Shown in pieces: positions 52,901 to 61,541 of a stretch of 64,000 bases of DNA; position 1 is the first letter of the stretch; each line of letters begins with the position of its first letter. Made by a program: the position numbers and the translations under genes. The stretch is from Heterodontus francisci (Eukaryota), in assembly GCF_036365525.1 (NCBI RefSeq), contig NC_090412.1, positions 6,800,123 to 6,864,122 on the forward strand, read 5' to 3'. The notes beneath the pieces are model-generated. The model ran no database searches. It was not told the origin of the DNA and was given only the letters and a program-made list of their open reading frames with translations.

Positions 52901-55900
52901 AGGTCAAATCTTGAGCTCAATTTTGAAGCAGACGGCTATCCGCAGGCACGTTTCTTACTGAAGATAAAGGCCAGTGCAGCCAATGTGAATTGAAAAAAAT
53001 GAAAGCATGACGGTCTTTACTCACATTAGGAGAGCACAAATCAACAAATTCAACAGCAGCCTTAACTGGTCTGAAGTTTAAAACACACCTATCAAAGTTA
53101 TAGTTTAAATCTACAGTTGCAGCATACAACACTGAATTTGAACTTTCCTACCTTCCCTCAAACCATCTTCCATGAGCATAAAACAAACACTCTGGCATGG
53201 GGATTAGGAAGAGACATTATAAATGCCTTCAAAACACATGCAACAAGTACAGTTCTTCTCCACAGTGTCTGCATAAATACCAGTCATGCCTGAGGCATTT
53301 TCCTTGTGAGGAGCAGCAATATAAAGTACTGGCCCACTCTTGCTCCCAATGCCTTGGATCCCACTCACAGAGTGGTGATAAATCCCAAGTAAACTCACTG
53401 GATGAGCCAAGGCCTCCGCTGACAAGAGTTAGTCAAAACAAAAAAGCTTCTCAGAACGCCTGCTCACTTTATATCCAGATATTGCGCAAAATAAAAGCAA
53501 CTAGACATTTAGTAATCAGGAGTAATTAAATGACTGGGTTAATTGGCAGATTAATTTTACTACATTATTAAATAATGCACACTGGAACAGGGAGTATTAA
53601 ACACACAAACCCAATAAAGGAGTAGCTATATGAAAAGGTGGAAAGGGAAAAGCAATTCATCATGATTGTTTCATGTTGACTGGAAATTCAGTAGGCACTC
53701 AATAAAGCTGATCAGATGACAAGATATATTTTAGAACACTGAAATAAAATATGAAACAAACAGTGCTGACCTTATTCCTGCATTACAACAGCGACTACAC
53801 TTCAAAAAGTAGTTCAGCAGGTCTGGCAGCATCTGTGGAAAGAGAAGCAGAGTTAACGTTTCGGGTTAGTGACCTTTCTTCGGAACCGAAGAGTTCCGAA
53901 GAAGGGTCACTGACCCGAAACGTTAACTCTGCTTCTCTTTCCACAGATGCTGCCAGACCTGCTGAGTGGTTCCAGCATTTCTTGTTTTTATTTCAGATTT
54001 CCAGCATCCGCAGTATTTTGCTTTTATCAAAAAGTAGTTCATTGGTTGTAAAATACAGATGTCCAGTGGTCATGAAAGGCACTATACATCACTAGAAAAA
54101 CTGCACAGTTTTGAGGATACTACCTGTAAGGGCATTCACTGATCTAATGGATAGCTCTGAAACAACAGGATTATACCAGAACTTGGGGCTCTAAGTCAGG
54201 GGTTTCCAAGCTTTTAATGTGAGCTGCATAGATGCATACATTCTGGATCAGCAATAAAACTTCAGCACATGTTTCCAATGGTATGCATACATCTTCAGTT
54301 CCTGTAACTAACAGGTTAGGTGTTCTAATTTAGGATTTCTTCATTAATGAGACAACAGCACCAAGAGCAACCCTTTTCAAAAGCACAAACAAAACTGAGG
54401 TATCTGGAACTACAGGCCAGACTGCCAGCAGATGCACATGGCTTCAAGGATCCAGTTTGGACATCCTCCATAAAAACAATACACTGGAATGTTTAACAGG
54501 ACATTGTGCCCCATTTCTCTGTGATCTTACCGCTGGGTAACAATTTGTTCAATTCTCCCTGTATGGAGAGATTTGCATAACCCAATCAATTTTACTGGAT
54601 GTGATTGCACTGGAGAGGGTGCAGAGGAGATTCAACAGGATATTGCCTGGGCTGGAGCATTTCAGCTATGAAGAGAGACTGGATAGGCTAGGGTTGTTTT
54701 CCTTAGAGCAGAGAAGACCGAGGGGGGGACCTGATTGAGGTCTACAAAATTATGAGGGACATAGATAGGGTAGATTGGAAGAAACTTTTAGCGGAGGTGT
54801 CAATAACCAGGGCGCATAGATTTACGGTAAGGGGCATGTTTAGAGGGGATTTGAGGAAAAATTATTTCGCCCAGTAGGTGGTTGGAATCTGGAAAACACT
54901 GCCTGCAGGGGTGGTAGAGGCAGGTACCCTCAACATTCAAGTAGTATTTAGATGAGCACTTGAAATGCCATAGCATACAAGGCTACGGGCCAAGTGCTGG
55001 AAAATGGGATTAGAATAGATGGGTTCTTGATGGCCAGCACGGATACTATGGGCCGAAGGGTCTGTTTCAGTGCTGTATAACTTTAAGAGGCGAAGACTAA
55101 GTAGAGACACAAACTACGTCTTTAAACTGCTGAGAGGATGAGCAATGCAGATGGTAACAAACTCTGATTAGCACCGAGAGTAGAACTAGGGGACAGAAGT
55201 TCTAAACAATACCCAATGAAGAGTAATTCCGCCCCCAAGTTACATGGATCAGACTCCGAACTAAATTAGCTGATGTGGCATTATTTATACTTTTTTTAAA
55301 AAAGCCAGATGGTTAGAATGGGATTGGAGTTTATACAGACACGTAGACAGACTGGAACAATCAAATACACCACAGAATACAATGTTTTCCTGCAGACTGG
55401 GTGGGTCAGGAAGCATTTTCTGTGCAAGGCAGCAAGTAAAGACTGAGTAACAAATGGACCGGAATTAATATTCCAGAGTTTGTCCAATCATTGGAGAATC
55501 AAGAAGCATTTGTACAAAAATCTTCCCTTAGATTAAGTAAGGTAAATAGAGTCCATTATAGGATACAGTTGGCTGCTGAAAGATATAATGAGCTGAATGG
55601 CTATGTTCTGATAGTTTGAGATATGGCATAACAGAACAACTCTCCCACAGGAAACGCAAGTAAAATACTTTAAACATCAAATCAGAAAAGGTTAGAACAG
55701 AGGTAGCAAATAAAACTACATAAAATACAACTGAAGAGAAAATTAACAGGGTGAGCATTGGTGGAACTTAAATATTTTCACATCAATGCAAAATTGGTCT
55801 TTAGGTGCTTAATAGTTTGGGGTTGTTGCATTAACAAAATCTAACTGATTTCTGAGCAGCATGACTGTAATTAGCACTATTAAAGAGCATGAGCTGAACA

Positions 55901-58829
55901 AACAAAAAAAATCAACCCAGGAAACTGAAAGCTCCTTGAACAGCTATACAAGGATTAATTAGTTTCAATAAGTGCTAAAAGCAGAAATTATTTTCGCATT
56001 CAAGCCTGCAGTGATATCAAAATTGACCTTGCAACATCAGCACTTTTTGTAAACTTTCATTCACATAGTGTTCTTTTTAAAAAAGGGATTATATACATCA
56101 TATATGCACATCACAAACCATTCGGGAATAAAGATGCAATCTAATCAATGAGGTCAAGGCACGAATAAACCAGTCAAGACTTCTGTGTGGTTTAGGGCAT
56201 TATCCAAACTCAACTAAAGGCTTCTTCACTGGTGGATAAACAGTCCAACATAATTTTTGCAATATGGCTTCTGAAAGATCGTGTCCTACACACCACACCC
56301 CTATACCCAATATCTGAAGAGTAGATTAGTCACCATTTTGCTACACCAGCTCCACAATGCAAGTTAGCACAGAATTTCAGCAAACTCAAATGGCTGGAAT
56401 TGTGAATTTCAGCATGCACTGCAAAGAAGTAAAGTGCAAGTTTGTCAAAACTATGCTGTTCACACTAACAAAATTCAAACAAATATGCTTCACTGCAGTA
56501 AGCACTGTAGTACAAGTATGTGAAAGTTTGAATATAGATCTCAACAAGATGGCAATGATTGCAACAAGCAGTAACTGCTCAAACTTGGAGATTCGGTTGG
56601 TTTTTAAACATATCAACCAACATGGTTCCCAGGTAGATAAAACCCACAAAATCTGATTTTTTTAAAACTGGAAATCATTTCAATGTCTCATTATTTAACA
56701 GAGCTCTTAAGAAGCTTTATTCAGTTTTGCTCAGGACCCAGCTACAGATTAATCACATCGCTTGCCTCCCAGACCAGCTGTTTGTACTTCTGCACAGCAG
56801 CAGAGCATCAGGTCAGCTCTACAGTTACAGTGTAACCTGAAAAAGAATTCACTCAAGATGACATCTCCATATCAGAGATGTTTTAGTCAAATGGTTGAAA
56901 AATGAAAGGACTTCAATTACGTGGAGACTACAGAAAATAGGATTGTGCTCCTTACAGCAGAGAGAATCAAGGGGAGATCTTAGAGGTGTTCAAAAGTGAC
57001 ATGTTTTGGTAAGAGTAAGGAAGGAGCACCTGTTTTCACATGCAGAAGGGTGATTAACCATAAAACACAGATTTAAGATAATTGGCAAAAGAACTAGAGG
57101 AGGGGTAAGAATTTTTCTGAAGTGAGCTCTGATGATCTGGAATGCACTGCCTAAAAGGGCGATGGACACAACTTAATAATAATTTACAAAAAGGAATTGG
57201 ATAAATACTTGACATGGAAAATTTACAGAACTATTGGGAAAGTAGGGAGGAGGACTAATTAGGCAGCTCTTTCAAAGAACCAGAACAGGCACAATGGCTT
57301 CCTTCTGTGTTGCAACGTTCTCCAACAAATCCACATTGATCAGAAAAGTGCTGTAAAAGTAGCACGTACCCACCAGCTTTTGAAAAGATAAATGTTTGCA
57401 GATTTGACAATGTTGGGCTATTTTTCTGCAGATTTCCATTATTTGTCTAAATTTTTCTCTCACACTGTCACAATGAGTCAGAGGATACTTGAGAGTATGA
57501 CACCTCAAGGTGTAAAGGGAAGCAACAGAGACACTTAGAGGAAAGGGCAGGACATTTGGAAGACTATTAATGTGTATATAGATGTATCTCAGCCAGTTGG
57601 TAACACTTTTGCCTCAGAGGCAGAAGGTTGTGGGTTCAAGTCACATTCCAGAGACTTGCACAAAAATCCAGGTCGACTCTCCAGTGTAGTACTGTGACAG
57701 CGCTGCATAAAGCCTGACTACCCCACCCGAACCCGACTACACGTGCCGGGGGTCGGGTCGGAGTCTATATTCCGAGTCCAGCATTCAGGCTCGGGCAGGG
57801 ATGGACACTGCAGTTTCCGGGAAGTCACGAGATCATGATGCCCCACAACTCCATCTGCAGGAATAGCCTGGAATGGATGAAGGATATTTGTGTCAGGTTG
57901 GGCGCGGAAAAAAATTAAAGGACTCGGACCCGGGTTGGGTAGGCCATGGTCGGGTCGGGTTTCAATTTTATACACGAGCAGGCCGTTAGTGCTGCATTGT
58001 TGGAGGTGCAGTCTTTCAGATGAGACATTAAACTGAGGCTCCTTCTGCCGTCTATTCAAAGAAAAGCTGGGAAGTTTTCCTGTGTCCTGGCCAATAATTA
58101 CCCCTCAAGCATCACTAAAATAGATTATCTAGTCATGGTCACACTGCAGCTTGTGGGAGCTTACTGTGCGCAAACTGGCTGCTACATTTCCCCAAGTTAC
58201 AGCAGTGACTGTACTTCAAAAGGACTGCATTGGCTGTAAAGCGCTTTGGGGCGTCCCGAGGTCATAAAGGCGCTATATAAATGCAAGTTCTTTCATCTCT
58301 TCAGTCACGTGTTGTACAGTAGAAATGGAGCCTGTAAAAACATCCAGTTCATTTAACAATTAAACTTCTGGATTGCGGGTGGAGGGGGGAATATGAATTC
58401 AAGGTTTTAAACGCTGAAGTTAGCAATGAGCCAATCTCATTTACAGGAACAGGCCCAGGGCTCCAACAAGGGGGGTCACTCCGGGGTCAACTGCATTCCC
58501 AGGCCTCGAGGCCCAACCGGAGGCCCGGCTCCCTCCGAACCCTCTCCCCGCACTCACCCTTCGTCCTCCTCATTCTTGCTGGCGTTAATCTTCGAACCTT
58601 CCACCTCCTTCACCGGCGGCAGGGGCTGCTGCTGATCCCGGCTCCCGTCTCCCACCCGCCCCGAGGCCTCGCCGCCCGCCCCCGTCGCCGGCGCGGCTTT
58701 CGAGTCGGGCCCGCCGCCGAACGACGCCTCGCTCCCTCCCTGCCCGCCGAAGCTGTAGAAGGCGCCGTCGAAATCGTCGGCGGCCGCCCCGGCGCTCCCG
58801 TTTTCCGCGAATTGACCCCCGTCCGCCAT
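34919..58829 (-). CDS. hnRNP D/DL/AB-family RNA-binding protein (2 RRMs, Gly/Tyr-rich low-complexity domain, PY-NLS), 356 aa; join 58829-58558, 47348-47180, 41209-41051, 40079-39948, 39761-39668, 37905-37738, 34995-34919
   Basis: Seven exons with GT-AG boundaries and consistent phases total 1071 nt. Motifs: [11 protein letters not shown]|[12 protein letters not shown]1 [19 protein letters not shown]1 [11 protein letters not shown] box, Y/G/N-rich tail ending RPY. Exact orthology (HNRNPD, HNRNPDL, HNRNPAB or an extra paralog) is unresolved. Confidence 0.95.
35871..36002 (+). mobile_element. Single-arm copy of the same Penelope-derived repeat with an intact CTGATGA...GAAAC core
   Basis: CTGATGAAAGGTCACTGACCTGAAACGTTAACTCTGC..CACAGATGCTGCCAGACCTGCTGAG. 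Another degenerate copy lies at about 40124-40245. Confidence 0.7.
36885..37308 (+). mobile_element. SacSINE1/DeuSINE-like SINE
   Basis: Same family as 57585-58295. More diverged copies lie at about 3060-3210, 5240-5560, 35094-35500, 38485-38895, 44520-44780 and 46515-46850. Confidence 0.7.
37738..37905 (-). CDS. hnRNP D-family exon 6, Tyr/Gly/Asn-rich prion-like exon (168 nt, symmetric phase 1-1, likely cassette)
   Basis: TTTCTAG|GA acceptor, A|GTAAGT donor; [16 protein letters not shown]...GQGYGDYN. Confidence 0.93.
39668..39761 (-). CDS. hnRNP D-family exon 5 ([22 protein letters not shown]...), 94 nt
   Basis: Poly-pyrimidine tract with AAAG|GTT acceptor, G|GTATAA donor; Q-rich and RGG segment. 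Confidence 0.94.
39948..40079 (-). CDS. hnRNP D-family exon 4 (RRM2), 132 nt
   Basis: Not in the ORF track; translated by hand as [44 protein letters not shown]; ATAG|ATT and AAG|GTGTGG boundaries. Confidence 0.95.
40246..40600 (-). mobile_element. HE1-like SINE
   Basis: Same family sequence. Confidence 0.85.
41051..41209 (-). CDS. hnRNP D-family exon 3 (end of RRM1, start of RRM2), 159 nt
   Basis: TCAG|GTA acceptor, GAG|GTAAGA donor; [13 protein letters not shown]...KKIFVGGL. Confidence 0.96.
45561..45918 (-). mobile_element. HE1-like SINE
   Basis: Same family sequence. Confidence 0.85.
47180..47348 (-). CDS. hnRNP D-family exon 2 (RRM1), 169 nt
   Basis: Acceptor GCAG|G, donor AAG|GTAGGA; [48 protein letters not shown]. 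Confidence 0.96.
49080..49695 (-). mobile_element. CR1 LINE 3' fragment
   Basis: Typical CR1 tail AGAATAGGAGTAGGCCATTCGGCCC and [10 protein letters not shown]-coding remnant. Similar short CR1 3' pieces at about 185-900, 15020-15510, 16090-16460, 26335-26830, 31770-32150, 37960-38295, 44790-45255, 56900-57310 and 59680-59990. Confidence 0.75.
50697..50747 (-). CDS. Candidate 51-nt in-frame cassette exon ([17 protein letters not shown]), possibly homologous to AUF1/HNRNPD exon 2
   Basis: TTGCAG|G...AA|GTTAGC; phase 2-2 fits between exons 1 and 2 with no stop; weak similarity to HSNSSPRHSEAATAQREEW. Splice sites are only moderate. Confidence 0.4.
51490..52805 (+). mobile_element. Degenerate CR1 LINE 3' half (RT domain and 3' UTR)
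   Basis: [12 protein letters not shown]-, PQGSVLGP- and KFADD-coding remnants; [22 protein letters not shown] is a CR1 signature. Confidence 0.85.
53817..54026. mobile_element. Palindromic Penelope-derived non-autonomous element with hammerhead-ribozyme-like cores
   Basis: Inverted arms of about 72 bp (53814-53886 and 53893-53965); GAGTT-CCGAAGA-A-GGGTC ACT GACCC-GAAACGTT-AACTC; 15-bp TSD TCAAAAAGTAGTTCA at 53802-53816 and 54027-54041. Confidence 0.75.
54575..55082 (+). mobile_element. CR1 (HER1-like) LINE 3' fragment whose tail matches the HE1-like SINE tail
   Basis: ALERVQRRF-coding remnant; ends GGGCCGAAGGGTCTGTTTCAGTGCTGTAT. Confidence 0.8.
57585..58295 (+). mobile_element. SacSINE1/DeuSINE-like SINE with an L2-type tail (interrupted by the hAT MITE)
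   Basis: tRNA-like head (TCAGCCAGTTGG..GGTTCAAGTC), Deu-domain-like core (TTTCAGATGAGACATTAAAC), tail AAAGGCGCTATATAAATGCAAG. Confidence 0.75.
57708..57988. mobile_element. hAT-superfamily MITE nested in a DeuSINE
   Basis: 8-bp TSD GCGCTGCA/GTGCTGCA; imperfect TIRs TAAAGCCTG...CAGGCCGTTA; subterminal ACCCGA/TCGGGT repeats. Confidence 0.75.
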
Positions 58830-59230
58830 CTTGAGAAGCTCGGAGAACAAACGCGAGGGGGCTTGGGCGGAGCTTGAGGGCCCGCCTGATTGACAGCGGC
58901 GTCCGGCCAATCGCCAATCGCCATCCTCCCCGGCCGCCACGCCTTCCAACCAATCGAACCAAAGGAGGGCGGGACCGAGCGGGCGGACCAATCGTCGCGC
59001 GCGGAGCGTCTCGGGTTTGAAATGAAAACGGGCTCTGATTGACATCACCCTGCACCAATAAGGAGAGGAAAGGAAAGAGAACAATGGTACACTTGAGCCA
59101 ATTGGATTACGTAATTGAAGCTACTGGTCCAATCAGCGTGCAGCATGGAGGCGGGGCAGTGACGCTTTTTTTCTGCTACAATCCAGACGTTCCATTGATG
59201 TTGCCACGTCCCCATCTGCTCAATGAATGA
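58480..59230 (-). promoter_or_regulatory. CpG-island promoter of the hnRNP gene with multiple CCAAT boxes, GC boxes and a YY1 site over the start codon
   Basis: CCAAT at about 58906, 58914, 58950, 58988, 59055, 59098 and 59129; GGGCGG at about 58967 and 58981; CCGCCATCTT at 58823-58832; TTACGTAA at about 59107. Confidence 0.8.
58558..58829 (-). CDS. hnRNP D-family coding exon 1 ([11 protein letters not shown]...[11 protein letters not shown])
   Basis: AAGATGG Kozak context inside a CpG island; donor GG|GTGAGT; family motif [11 protein letters not shown]. Confidence 0.93.
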
Positions 59231-60268
59231 TTCAGAGCAAAAACCCATACAGGCCTTACAAGGGTCCCTCATTCGGGGTTTTAAAAGCTGTGGGTGCAAA
59301 AAATGTTCCTGTTGCCTTGTTAGTGGATAAATCCAAAAGCAGATCTGTTAAAGTGTCTTCCTTCGGTTGCCTCCCAATACCTTAGCTGCCACACACAATC
59401 TTCACTTCTTTAACCCCCCTTTCCATGATCCATGATAAAGATTGTCTCAGCCATCTAACTATCTCATTTTTTCCCTGTTAAGTCGATTATAGATCATTTC
59501 AGAGGGATACACCCTCCCTGTTTCTCCCCTCCCCTTTATTCCAATTCTATTAAAATACTTAATAATCATTTTGTGTGAGTTTTCATGAATGGCTGTACTT
59601 CTAACTGACATGCTGTTTATTTCTAGCATTTTCCACTTTTTCTTCATATTTCCAATATTTGTTGTTTTTAGCATCTATCTCTTTCCACCGGCAGCAGGGT
59701 CAGTAACCAGAAGACACAGATTTAACATAATTGGGAGAAGAACCAGGGAGATGATGGGAAATTATTTTAATACAATGAATTGTTGTGATCTGGAATGCAC
59801 TGCCTGAAAGGTTGGTTGAAGCAGATTCAATAGTAACTTTCAAAAGGGTATTGGGTGCATTTTTAAAAAGCAAAATGTGCAGGGTTATGAGATAACAATG
59901 AGGGAGTCAGATTTAAATGGATAGCTCTTTCAAAGAGCCCACAGGGGAACAATGGGCCAAATGGCCTCCTTCTATACTGTAAGTTTCTATCTGTTAGTAA
60001 ATAGCCTTTACTGTCTGGAATTACAATAGAGATGATTTTCCATTACATATTTTTTAATATTCCATTATTTGGGAGGTTTAAACACACAATCTGACAATCT
60101 TTAAGCACAACTTATTGACATGTACATTAAAGTGCATAAGGGTTCGGTCACACACATTATTACCAGTGACTTTGACTAGGGCTGGTGGAGTGAAAGCTGA
60201 TTTGGATGGTGCAAGTCACAACACATTCAACAACAGAAACTTGCATTTATGTAATGCCTTTAACACAG

Positions 60269-61541
60269 TGTCACAACCAGGTGAGGAAGGGGGCTTAGGC
60301 TGTCCTCTTGCCCCTTTCCTGGTTTGGCCGTAACTGGGTTTATCTTTTAAAACACATGAGTCTTTGCTCACTGCTCTCTAATTGTAATTGCAAATGAATC
60401 AAGCAGGAGGTTTTCTTAGGTTTAAACAAGAAAGATGCAAGTTTATTAGCCTTATCACTCTAACTCAGTTAAAACTACTAAAATACGCAATGCAGCCACG
60501 CTAGCATGCATACGAGAGAAACACACGCCAATAGATACAGAGGGGGAGAAAGAATTAGGGGGGTTTGAAGTAGAGTCGGCAACAAATGGAATACAGAGTT
60601 TTACCTTTGAGGTAAAGTCCTTGGTTGAAGTTAAGGTCTTGGAGTTCTCACTGGGGCTCAGTGCACAATTTCAAGCTTGCTTCTCTGGTACCAGAAGGCT
60701 GAAGAGGCGCTCTGTCTTGAGGCTTAAGCTGCTACCTGTGGGTCGCTGGGACTTTGCATGAGAGAGAGAGGAGACCTCCTTCCTTGGTTCTCAGCTTGTT
60801 GTCTGTTCTTTCTGCGAGGCACAATTCAAATAGTCCCCAGTCTGGCCAGCAGGTAAGTCATGTGACCATCTCTTTGTTTGAGACAGCATCTTCTGGGAGG
60901 GTTGTTGATTACAAAACCTCCCAGACACACTCGGTGGAGTGTGACGTTCTGGCTCTTACACAGACAAAGAATGTTGATGATCATGATTGCCCATACCAAT
61001 CTTGTTAATTGAATCAGTGAGCACTCCCATTGTGTCTCTATTCAACTGTCTCTCGGAATGCAAATGTGCAACCATGTTTCCAGCTGTTCAGCTCTGTCAT
61101 CGAGTCATAGCACTGAAACAGGCCCTTCAGCCCACCGAGTCTGTGCTGACCATCAACCACCCATTTATACTAATCCTATATTAATCCCATATTCCCTACC
61201 ACATCCCCACCTTCCCTCAATTCTCCTACCACCGACCTACACTAGGGCCAATTTACCTATCAACCTGCAAGTTTTTGGCTGTGGGAGGAAACTGGAGCAC
61301 CCGGCTGAAACCTACGCAGCCACAGGGAGAACTTGCAAACTCCGCACAGACAGTACCCAGAACCGAACCCGGGTCGCTGGAGCTGTGAGGCTGCGGTGTT
61401 AACCACTGCGCCACTGTGCTGCCCCTCTGTGGTCTTTTTAAACAAGTTATGTGCAATGTCCAGTTAAAAAAAAAAGCTTCAGTCATGTCCCACATGACAA
61501 AATTAATATGCTTCCATTTGGCAGGTATGGTTTCTGTCACA
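60269..61541. mobile_element. Probable solo LTR nested in an L2 tail and itself carrying an HE1-like SINE
   Basis: Begins TGTCAC and ends GTCACA; flanks ACAG/ATAG form a 4-bp TSD with one mismatch; removing it restores the L2 tail GCCTTTAACATAGTAAAACATC. Confidence 0.6.
61108..61423 (-). mobile_element. HE1-like SINE nested in a solo LTR
   Basis: Same family sequence; tail missing. Confidence 0.8.

Noticed and set aside
58830-59084. In-frame upstream extension of hnRNP exon 1, reminiscent of the long HNRNPDL isoform
   Set aside because: It runs through the CCAAT/GC-box promoter and shows no recognisable similarity to the DL N-terminus; the ATG at 58829 has the expected context.
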